Assembly (NCBI RefSeq): GCF_018977255.1
Contig: NW_024704742.1
Span: 49,168,001 to 49,232,000 of the forward strand
Origin: Callorhinchus milii
Taxonomy: Eukaryota
DNA: 64,000 nt
Direction: 5' to 3'
Under the pieces are notes generated by a model, which did not search any database, was not told where the DNA came from, and was given only the letters and a program-made list of their open reading frames with translations. This document shows positions 12,831 to 24,075 of this stretch, piece by piece (position 1 is the stretch's first letter; every line of letters starts with the position of its first letter). Made by a program: the position numbers and the translations under genes.

Positions 12831-15800
12831 TGGCTCGATGTCACTGGCTGCTTGAGGTGCATGGAGTTGCCCGGGATTAAAATGTTTCTGGGATGATCTG
12901 GTATTTGTTCAGCTACTCCGCGTGACAGTGTGACTAAAATCAGAAAGTCACCAGACTTGATCAGAGTCTTCCCTCTCTGTGATGCAATGCATTAATTTAC
13001 TTCATCATCACAATATTCCTTGATTTATCTCTGTACAAAAGGTTATCCACAACTTTGAAGAATAGTCTCAACCCAAGAGGAAAAATAAAACCCTGTCTCA
13101 AAAGCTAAGGAAATAAGGATTGTTCAATCGATTATATATGAATTATATTATAACCTGTCTGAAATGCATGCATTATACCCTGTGAACAAATCCTTGACAC
13201 CAACTAACAATTCATTTTGGTTGGGTGGTGCATTACTTCGGTGATGTTAATATGGTGTCAAAAAAAAATCACAAAGTGAGTAAATTACTTTTAGATAGTG
13301 TTGTGAAGACTCTAAAATGGAAATATTAAATAACAAATTTTCCAATCACCCAAACAAATCATGCCTTACATTTGTAGCACTGTGTTTTTTGGTTTACTTG
13401 CGTGACAACATAGAAATAGTGAATGTGATCATTTTGAGGGCTCACTTTTTTTTGTGTGTGCATGCATATGTGTGCACGTGCAGTTGTGTAAAACTGTATA
13501 TTTTTAGACTGATTTCTTCGAGAAATAAATTATTCAGTATAATTAATTGGCAAGGAAGTTCTTAAACTTATAAATGTTTCTAAGCTACAATTAAAGGATC
13601 TTAGGCCATTTTGCAAAGCAAACATACTAAATTCCTTGTAAAAACAAAAACAGCATTTTTCACAGCTCAGCATTAATGAATAATGGTGTAAAGGCTCACC
13701 ACCCCCTACAAATTTAATGGCAGCTCATATTGTCTTTTGACCTGCTTCTCCACAGGGGTCAGTAATCCATTTGCACACAACATTACAAATACACGAGGGT
13801 CTGTAGATGTCTAAACCAGGAGGACTAATCACTCTTGCCTCTAGGAGACAGCTTTATTAGCAGCATGCAAAAACAAATAGCTTTTCTCCATCACCTATCA
13901 GTTAGAAAGAAGGCTTCTCTTAAAAATGCACAGCATGGCCTCAACTAATCTGACTGTTGAGCTCTTTCCGATTACATTTTGTATTGAAGGTTACAAACAG
14001 AAAACACTTAACTATTCCTGCTTTTCCCCTGCCTGTGAAGAGTATATTTATTAAACCTGTGCAATATCATTAGAAAAAAAAGTTGACAATGGTTCAAGGT
14101 CCATAATAACAAATTGTTCATTCTCACTTTTCCTTTCGACCCTTTCAAATCTCAAAATAACTGTAGACCTCAATTAATTCACAAGCTCCCAATGACATTG
14201 ACAATTACCAAAGACAAGCCACTAGTGGCAGAATTAATGTTCATTATTGGGTGTAAGAGCATCTTAAAAAAAGTCTTATTATTACAAAGGTACTATTTTA
14301 ATGGAAGAAAGATAAGGGTACTGTTTTTATATTTTGCAAATATCTAATTGTCTTTCAGTGAGCCTGAAGAGTAGAAATCCTATAAAGAAATAGTCACTGC
14401 TCTATGCAGTGTTTGCCAGTGAAGCACTGTGACATTTTGACATGTAAATACACTGTGAAAATGCAAGTTCTTTCTTTTGTAACACTGCAATGGACAAGTC
14501 CAGAAAAGACTACTGCAATCCATTTAGATGGCACCAAATACTCTCGGCTGATAGTATGAAAAAAAAATGCATGGTAGAAGCCTATATGAGCAATTGACAT
14601 TGGTTCGACCTTTTGAGAATCCCGGCAGCATTTCAGCTACATAGCACTTCAGTTCTGGGGCTTAATGTGCTACGATTTACAAAGTGAATCTTAATAAGGG
14701 AACTCAAATTACAGCACACAGACTTTGTTCTGACGGATGCTACTCCAGTGTGGACCTCCCACAGGTTGGGGTGATGTACCTTCAGTTACTGGAGGAAGTC
14801 AGCAGTCTTAACGTACTAAAAAATCGTGTCAGAAATCGCCAAAAAGTACTGAATCTTTCTTTAGGCTAGAATACTGTGATTGCAGATTCACTCAACAATT
14901 TCATATGTTATTCTAATCACAGTTAAAATTAATCTAAATTTAAACCTCACAGAATATCACAACATGCTGGACATTACATGCGGCAAATTAGATGCATGTT
15001 TGGATGGCTACGAAGATCTGTTTTTGTAGAGATCCTTCTTTATTACTAAATGTCGGGTGCCATGTGATGTCAGCCTGAATTACATCACTATCAGGCAGGG
15101 TGGCTGTTTGATGGGAGGTACAAGGGAAAATGGGGGTGGCTGGAGGGAAGAACGGGCAAAAATGTTGGAAATGTGAACAATGCTCTATTTGAACAGGGGA
15201 ACCTTGCTATAACCCAGTTGTTGGGATCCGGAAATTGTCACCCTGTGTTATAAGCGAACGTACAAAGCCCCAACCCCCACCCCCTTACAATCAGCACTTA
15301 TGGTCTCATGTCGTCAATGACAAACATAAAGCCAAATGGACAAGCTAAGCTGCTCATGCTAATAGGTTAGGTTGTGGCTCGAGTAGGTTAAACTGCATTC
15401 TTACGATTATGGGATTTTCATGCTTTAACATCACAAAATATTATGCTTATTGCCCACCCACCTCACAGGGGAGGCAGCGCTATATTGAGGGACATGATAA
15501 CTGGGTACCAATGTAACCTTTCAAACTATTCATTTATAAGTGCACAACAACAACAACAAATTGCATTTATATAGCGCCTTTCACTAGACAGTGAAGGGTT
15601 TGCATCCAAGCTGGGGGTTGGAGTCAAGAGGGCTGTAGGGTAGTGGGTATGGGAAGATACTGAAGGCAGGATCAAAGAGGAAAGTGTTCAGACTGGCTTT
15701 GAAGGAGGGAAGGGGAGGCAGATGGGTGCCACGATTTTTTTTAATATACAAATTTTCATATTTGCACAGGAACAAATCTGCTGAAAGCATAGAATAGACT

Positions 15801-15971
15801 TAACACAAAAGTTTGTGAACTTTTCCTTGAAGACAGCACCCATTTAACTGCAGGGTGGCTAAATGTGTCCCAATAACACAACTTTTTAAAATAATTATTT
15901 ATGAAAGCAAAACATTCAATTATTATTTCAAAAACAGAGTGTAGAATTTCAGGGGAGGAAAGCATGCTTAC

Positions 15972-16094
15972 CTTTGTGTTGAAGTTCAGTGTGTTCTGCG
16001 ACGCTTTGTAAAGTTCTGGGTATTTTAGCATGTTTTCCTTCCGACACGATTTCTCAAATATTCCCAACGCAAAGGGAGGCAAGGCTGTGAAAAA
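15972..16094 (-). CDS. ATP8A1: ATP8A1 coding exon (123 nt)
   Basis: [56 protein letters not shown] is ATP8A1-type; tgccAG / GTAAGC. Confidence 0.97.
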
Positions 16095-17733
16095 CTGGCA
16101 CATACAAAAGCAAAGAATGAGTAAATGCTCCCGTTTTGAAATGACCATTTCATTGCAATACCATATAATGTACATTTATATAGCGCCTTTCGCATCAGGA
16201 GGACATTGCACTACTGGCTCGGCATCGGAGCTGGAGGTGGGAGCCAAAGGGGGTGGAGAAGGGAAAGATGACCAAAAGAGGTACATCTTGAGCTTCAGCT
16301 CCTCAATAGCTTAGTCCCACATGAGATTAGGATCATAATGTAAAGAAAACATTTGGTTTTTCATCATGGGAGGATGGTTGCATGAGTGTTCTGGTAGGAT
16401 AACATTTTATACAACAACAACTTGCATTTGTGAAGTGCCCTTCACTCGGGGTGGCGTCTTGGAGCACTTAACAATGGCATAGTTTGATGCCGAATCAGGG
16501 AAAAAGGGGAGGTGACCGTAGGTATGGGACATAGGGTCTTATTCACTACAGAAAATTGAGAGCCAGGCTGCACCCAACGTTACATTTCTATTTCTCCACT
16601 GTTGGAGAGTGAAATTCCTCTCGTCACTAAGTGTAGGGATAATGATGTAGTGAATGTGACAAATCCCCATTATAAACACATACTAGAGTTGACAAAGCAC
16701 ACCTTGAAAGCAACAGTTTTGCAGGCAACTTGCTGTCAAAAAATGGGCCTTGTGCCTTAAACTGAGTTATCTGCACATGTACATCAGTCCAGGTTGGATA
16801 TTGTTTAAGTATGGTGGTAGGTTATTGCATGTGTCAAGACACCCGGTTATCACATGTGGAAACCAAGGATTGATTTCAAACCTTGCTTCAGAGTGGCAAA
16901 CCAGAGTGAGAGTTCCACATATGCATGCCACCTCCACATGGCAATTTCCCCAGGAATGCACACTATCTCCCTGGAAGTATGCTCCCTATTTACCCAGTCA
17001 ACTTTAAGTGCTCTGGGACACTATCCGGTGTGAAAGGCATTATATAAATGCAAGTTGTTGTTATTGAAGTCCCGACGAGTATCGAGTATCACAGGCTGAC
17101 AGGAGCCAAAACTCCAATATTCTGGAGCATGCGTGGTGGGGGTACCGCTGGATTTAACCAGATAGAATTGCATAGTTTGTCACCGAAAGCATTGTCAGGT
17201 AAGCTTCCTGTTGTCCCAGCTAGGACACCCTACCTGTTAATGGTTTGGCTCGCAGGATTAACAGGAGCTGAGTGGGAAGAATTCCTCCCCCATTGACTGG
17301 TGTGCCCTTCCAAGTCATGTCAATAAACCAGGCTGACTGGGCTCAAGTTCCCTGGAGTATGCGGATCCAGTGGGCTCTGGAACTACCAAGACCACAATAG
17401 AGAATCAACTTGATTCTGACATTCTGCTGTTAAGCATGTCATCTTGGACCTCCAAATATTGAGTTAGTCAATGGACAACTCTCCTGTCCACCTCAATTGA
17501 ATAGAATAACAGCCTGGACTTAAATGTTTGCCTGCAAGTCATTACACGTTATAGTGAAATCCTGTAAAGCACCCCCTGCTGTGTTTCGCCCACAAATATA
17601 CAGTCAATTCACTTTACAGTGTATTGTGTGAAGCGCATTTAGCACATTGTGCTCTTACCACTTATATCGACAGGCAAGTTGTTTTAACCCTTGCCTTCCT
17701 GCCCTGCGCTTGGCTCTCTGACATAATAATCCT

Positions 17734-18047
17734 ATAATAATAATCCTTGCATTTGATATAGTGCTTTTCATGTCTTCTAGACGTTTCAAAGCGCTTCACA
17801 GAATAGACTGTAAAGTGAATTGACTTTATATTGTGGGCGAAACGTGGCAGCCAATTGCGCACAGCAGTGTCCCACAAACAGTCGTGGATTGAAAATGACC
17901 AATTTATTATTGTTTTGTTTTGGAGGGATTATTATTAGGCTGCGTGTGGAGTAAGGAAACTTGCCCAAGGTTTCGCCCTGCCTGGAATTGAACCCAGGTG
18001 TCTCGCTTGCAAGGCGAGTGCTCTAACCACTGAGCTACAGGACTCCA
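17734..18047 (-). mobile_element. tRNA-headed SINE, young, full length
   Basis: Intact A/B boxes, TGC anticodon loop, (ATT)n tail. Confidence 0.93.
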
Positions 18048-18991
18048 CAATGCACTTGTACATCATTGATCAGAATGAAGCACTGAAACTCTCCTCTTGA
18101 GCTTTGGGGTGTGTGGCACAGGCAGAGGCCCCCTGGAGGGGCAGAGCTTAGGGCTCAGTGTGTGCGCAGACTACAACTCTCAGGGTGCACCTCAGTGACT
18201 GACAGCCCTTAGTTCGATCACTTATGTCGAAACTCACTTACGTCGACAAAATCTGCTGGGTCCCCGATACACAATCCTACCCGTTTAATGTCGATATAAA
18301 CGGGTAGGATTGTGTATCAAATGTAAGGATTATCATCAATAAAACAAAAAAGAGCTGTCATTGAGATAAAGTGAAAGTCTGAGAAGTACCCAGAAAAAGT
18401 CAGTGCTTTGAGAAAGGAAGAGAGAAAAATGAGTAGCTCGTTCTTTTTGATTAACTGCCAAAACATCCAGATCATTTTTTTTTAATGGGCCAAATGTGCG
18501 GAAATGTTTATTTCTGTTTCCAAGTGTAGAATAAATCACATTAAAGTGAATTTACTGACCCAAAGTAGAAAATGTCTTTAAAACAAATAATTTCAGAAGC
18601 ATATAGGGCTTTGCTGATATAGAAAATCCATATATTGCAACGAGTTCTCTAAGCCGATAGACCAGACACAATTTGCAAACTATGTTGTTAACCGGAAAGT
18701 TTTATATCATTCTGTCAGAAGGAAACATACTCCTTTGCCTTCAAACACTTGAAGCTGAAGCAGCTCTGTCAACATGGGTAGGTCAGAGGTGTTCCAGCAC
18801 TTTCTAGTTTTATAAATCCTTGGACAGATACAAATGTTAGTGCTTTAAATTGATGGGGCACCAGTTGAAGAAACCAAAACAATATATTTGTGGCATTCTG
18901 ATAAAGCATAATTTTTTGAGAATGTGTTAAAAAAAATGCAAAGTTTTGCTATTCAAACCTTCTTTAAAACTAAGAGCCCAACATCACCAAT

Positions 18992-19538
18992 GTGTCAGTT
19001 TGACTCAGATTCTAGCTCACCTCTGAGTCAGAAGGCCGTAGGTTCAATCCATATGTCGGGGCGTGAGCCCAGAGTCTAAGCTGATATTGAAGTGCAGCAC
19101 TGAGCTGCAATGCTGGAAGAGCTATTTTTTTTATTGAGATGTTTTAATCTGCCTTATCTAGTGTACATTAAAAATCCCACACGTAACACTATTATACAAT
19201 AATAATAATTCTTGCATTTGATATAGCGCCTTTCACGTCTTCTAGACGTCTCAAAGCGCTTATATAATAATATTTGTGGGCGAAATGCGGCGGCCAATTG
19301 CACACAGCAGTGTCCCACAAACAGTCGTGGATTAAAAATTAACGATTTATTATTGTTTTTTTTCTTGATGGACTATTATCAGGCGTGTAGAGTAAGTAAA
19401 CTTGCCCAAGTTTCACTCTGCCAGGAATTGAACCCACGTCTCTCGCTTGCAAAGCGAGTGCTCTAATCACTGAGCTACAGGACTCCATTATTCACAAAGA
19501 GAAGGGAGTTTCCACTTGTGTCTTGACCAACAAACCTC
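18992..19538 (+). mobile_element. Deu-domain SINE interrupted by a younger SINE
   Basis: CTCACCTCTGAGTCAGAAGG head; Deu core breaks at about 19192 and resumes at about 19488 (ATTCACAAAGAGAAGGGAGTT). Confidence 0.72.
19198..19487 (-). mobile_element. tRNA-headed SINE, young, nested insertion
   Basis: Head to tail present, with a small internal deletion near 19260. Confidence 0.9.
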
Positions 19539-19540
19539 CA

Positions 19541-19610
19541 TATAATATAATATAATATAATATAATATAATATAATATAATATAATATAATATAATATAA
19601 TATAATATAA
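19541..19610. repeat. (TATAA)14 microsatellite
   Basis: Perfect pentanucleotide array abutting a SINE tail. Confidence 0.97.
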
Positions 19611-19972
19611 TAATAGTCCTTACATTTGATATAGCACCTTTCACATCAGGAGGATGTGTCAAAGTGCTTCACAGGATATATTTTTAAGTGTAATTACTGT
19701 AAACAATTTTATTTGGAGGGTTGTTGGCTAGAACACTGAAACAAAAGTCCTCTTCTTTTCAAATAGAGCCATGGGATCTTTAACATCCATTTGAACAAGC
19801 AGACAGGACCTCAGTTTAACGTTTCATCATAGGATGGCACTGCCATCAATGCAGTGCTCCCCAGGATTGCATTGGAGTGCCAGCCTGGACTATGAATTCA
19901 AAGTCTGGATGTGGGAGTTAAACTCATAATCATTGACTCAGAGAGGAGTGCTGCACACTAAGCCAGGCTGAT
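19611..19972 (-). mobile_element. Deu-domain SINE
   Basis: GCCATGGGATCTTTAACATCCATTTGAACAAGCAGACAGGACCTCAGTTTAACGTTTCATC is the reverse complement of the Deu core. Confidence 0.82.
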
Positions 19973-20133
19973 GTATGAAAATTGGCCATTCACCTCATGG
20001 CTGTTCGAAGGGTCTTCCTAGGACAAATAGTTGCCACAGATGCCTACAAAAATACAGTCAGTATTTCTGAAATTATCACCAGCAGCCATTTTCTGGTTGA
20101 AAATGTTAATATTATTGCATATACTGTACTCAC

Positions 20134-20208
20134 CACATTGTAGAGACCAATGGTCCACCGTTCAAAGAGAATCTGCCCTGAGAATCCATTCGTAAAAGCA
20201 AACCAGAT
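20134..20208 (-). CDS. ATP8A1: ATP8A1 coding exon (75 nt)
   Basis: [31 protein letters not shown] motif; tttcAG / GTGAGT. Confidence 0.97.
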
Positions 20209-23200
20209 CTGAAATCAAAGAACAAGTTTCAGTCAAAGGCGAGACTCGTAAAGGGTTTTTGCATAAATAAAATATTTTAATTTCCCTTATTGCTCAATAC
20301 GTCTTCACTGTTTGGAACATTTGGGCCTTTTTAGTTGAATTTCTATTGGTCCGAGACTGCAACAGATTAGATGTGTACATCTCTGAATTGAATGGGGCTA
20401 CACTGGCAGTCTCACTCAGAGTGACTGAAAGGATGTCTAATATAGAAAAGGTACAAGTTCTTCCGAGAGCGAAAAGAGGCAGGAACTTGAAATGCAGACT
20501 TGCTTTCTGCGAGCCTCTCCTCATATCCTGAGCCGCAGTCCCAGAACCATCCTTGATGCTCTTCTTTGAACCATTTTCAATACAACTTGTGATATTGGTA
20601 GTTTATTGTTGAGAATACAACGACTATTATTTTGCTGTTTAATTTGTGATATTTGCAAAATGACTAATTATAATTTCCGAAAGCCACTGACAAACTGAAC
20701 AAAGGCTGAAGAGAGGTGATTTATAACTCTGATAAACTGGGAACAAAGGATGGGCAGAGGTGATCTTACTGTCTGACAAAGTGCAAACAAAGGCCGGAAA
20801 AGTGCTTATACTCTGATTTTTTCCGGAGCATTTGCAGGTTTCAGAAATCAAAATTATTCACCTTGGGCATGTTGCATATTAAATGGCCAAAACAGAAATC
20901 ACAGATAACACTTCCAATCCATTTTGTAATATTCTTTGTAACATTTATTGTTGTTGAACTGCAGAAAATGTTGTTTGAGGTTGTTGCACAATAGAACCGG
21001 TCCCATTGATTTTGGAAGCTGATCTGGACCGACAGTAGAAACTGTAAAGGCCAGTAATTAGATGATTTGGTCTTAATTTATAAGAATGAATTGCATTATA
21101 GTACCAATCCTATGAAATAAAGCATTTAAGATCCTGTAACTGTTTACAGATTGCAGTGGTTGTACCAGCCTAACCTGCGTCATACTGTCCTAGCTAATTC
21201 TGGATAGAATATTTAGCACAGACCTCATTTAGTACTCCCTATAAATTGAAGCCTGAGAGGATTACAAAGCACCTGTTCAGACTTTGCCCAATGGCTTTTC
21301 ATATATAATTGCTGGCACAAGCTGAAACACAGCCAGTACAAGATTACATTTTTTCCATCTCAGAGTTATGACTATCAGCTCATACCAAGGCACTTTAAAA
21401 GCATACTTTGAGTCCCTCCAACATTCAACATTGTCTTACAAAGGTTATGTCGAGTTAGGCAATAATGTGACAAGTTTCTATTAGGAGGTGCTACTCCCTC
21501 TCTCCCCCCCCAAAAACGTATCGACAGTATCCTCATATCACAAATACAGTACCTTTCAGGGCTGCAATTCACCTCACTCCCATATCCACCAACAAACTTT
21601 TGTTAAACCATGATAGACAGCTATTAAAAATAAATTTAATAAGAGTTCTATATCGTATTGGAGTGTGGGGTCTTAGACGTTCTCTCATGTCCAAAAATCT
21701 GGAATGTTTTCTGTCTGTAGTTATCTATCAGCTGTCCCCCAAATAAAATCCAAATATATCCTGCAAAACGGGTTTGGGACATCCTCCCGTACTGAAATAT
21801 GCTAAACCAAATTTAAGTATTATTAATTATTATATCAGATTGCAGGTTGTAGCCTGTCCACCATAAAAATAGGTTAACTTTTAAGCAATGAAACACCACT
21901 CATTCCTGAAGGTTTCAGAGGTCCTGCAGTTATTCATTACAGTATTGTTTATACTTCCCGGCAAACACTTACTTTACATACAAAGATGAAGATTTCTTTG
22001 TGCCATGATTTTTACGGAAATAGCAAAAATATTTTTTAAAAAGTGTGCATTTTTTTATGTTTCTATAAAGGTTTCTTTTAGCAGGTCTCACACTGGAGAA
22101 TAATTTTATGTATGCTAAACTGCAAAAAAAATCCCATTATGCAAACGAGGCAATATCCATTGCTTAAAAAAGACCAAATAGTAAGGCGCCACATTTTTTG
22201 GCTATTGTTATTACAGTAAGTAAATCCTTTTAACTTCTCAACCAAAGGATGGCATCTTCAACAATGCAGTGCACCCAAGCACTGCATTAGAGTGTCAGCC
22301 TAGAGAGTGTGAGCTCAAAGTCCCAACATAGGGTTCCAGCCTTCCGAGTCAGTCCCCCAGGTAAAATTATTCACATTTGCTGTTTATGGGTCATCGCTGT
22401 GTGCAAATTGGCTGCTTTGTTTACCTACAAAGTGCAAACTCACTACATTTTACAGTAAATCCTATGAAACACTTTCAGAAGTTCTCCAGATGTAAAAGAC
22501 GCAATATTAAATGCAGGATTATTATTATTAATATTAATGATGACAGTCACTGGACCTATAGTTTTTCAGGCACCTGAATTTCCACTTTTTTGTGATAATG
22601 TATTCTCATCTTATGATTTTTTTGTAACTACAAAAATATTTTTTATCCTCAATACACATCATGCTGAACTAGAAGACAGATTGCTTTATACCGGAGTAGG
22701 ATTAACACAGAGACATCTTCTATATTAAATACTAAACAGCTGGCAGATAAAACAGTCCAAAATAAGCAGTTGGCTGGGTGTCAACATTGCCTGGTTCCTA
22801 TCCAAATTCAGATTGTTTATTATGGGTTAGACTTTTTTAGAAAAAAAACCTGCACTGGCAAGGGTTAAAGTTTCATTCAATTCATCAAATTATTTAAAGT
22901 TCAACAATTTTGCAATATTTTACGGTATTCCATGACTACCATTTTGCCAGTGATTGGCTGTATAGGTCACGCTATAATTGCAATGCACAGCTGCATTTTG
23001 ACCTTTTATCATTCTTAAGTGTCTGGAAATAAACCAAACCCAACACAGCAAATCAAGTCTACAATAGCCAGAGCTGCTACTAACCAAAAACATTGTTATG
23101 AGTCCGAGACTCCACCTCCCGTTCATTTCAAAAGACCAACAGGCAATTTTTGGGGCCAGTCTTCGTTCTAACTGGGGAATATGTCATTTTTGACATTCAT

Positions 23201-23369
23201 CTAAATAAGTTCATGCTGTTTTCATTATCTTCTTTTATTTCACCAGTTTCCTTTCTTTTATTCTATCGTCCATCTTGACAAAATCATTATTTTATTCTAG
23301 AGTCAAACTTAACATTATTTTCCTTTTCTCTCCATTGTCGCCTTTCTATTTTTCAGTCTTTTTCCCCAC

Positions 23370-23800
23370 CAACTGCAGACAACCATCCAGAACTCCTCAG
23401 ACCGTATCCTCTCTCGCACCAGGCTCCTCAAGCCCATTGCCCCCATCCTTCCTCAGCTCCACTGACTCTCCATCCCTCAACGGATCTTCGTCTTCAACTT
23501 CAAAACTTTCCACTGCCCATCTTTCCTCTGTGTCTTCCTGCAACCCTACTGCCCAATACGCCCTTGCCAGTCAGCGAGCTGTCAGCTATTCTGCCACTTC
23601 CCTGTGGAACTCCATCCCAGAACGTCTCCTCCTTGTCCCCTCCCTAACGTGCCTTATGATCTATCTTTTTTACTGTGTTTTTGGTCACGTTTCTCTCCCC
23701 CCTTCTCAGCTCTTCCTTCACCCAGCTCAGGCTCCCAATCAGTTGTGTAAAGTTCTTTGAGACATCCGTCTGATGTGAAAGGCACTATATAAATGTTAAT
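23370..23800 (+). mobile_element. L2 3' fragment, degraded
   Basis: CATCCAGAACTC...CTCCACTGACTC...CTGTGGAACTCC and tail GATGTGAAAGGCACTATATAAATG. Confidence 0.75.
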
Positions 23801-23839
23801 ATTGTCGTGTTTCCTTACTGTATTGTAGTAGCAACATAG

Positions 23840-24075
23840 CAACATGAATATTCAGCCCATTGAGTCTGTTTCAGCAATTTATTAGATCTTGGCAGATCTT
23901 TTAATCTCAAAGCTTTCCTTTTGCCATTCCGGTTAATATCTCTCCTCCCCAAGGATCTGTCTCTCTTCAAACATTCCTATTAATTCGGCCTCTGTACTTT
24001 TATGAGGCAAAGCATTCCACATCTTCACAACTCTGTATGTGAAGAAATGCTCCCTGACCTCAGTTCCAACTCTCT
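23840..24075 (-). mobile_element. CR1 3' end, degraded
   Basis: ATTCAGCCCATTGAGTCTG...AAAGCATTCCACATCTTCACAACTCTGTATGTGAAGAAATG. Confidence 0.65.

Noticed and set aside
14720..14808. Loose nested inverted words (AGACT/AGTCT, CTGAC/GTCAG, CTCCAGT/ACTGGAG)
   Set aside because: The stems are too short and interrupted to distinguish from chance by eye
17973..18047. Functional tRNA-Ala or tRNA-Val genes (also 4155-4229, 5745-5820, 36081-36155, 41500-41575)
   Set aside because: Each continues directly into the SINE body and tail with no T-run terminator right after the head, and the first base pair and T arm are imperfect; these are SINE heads
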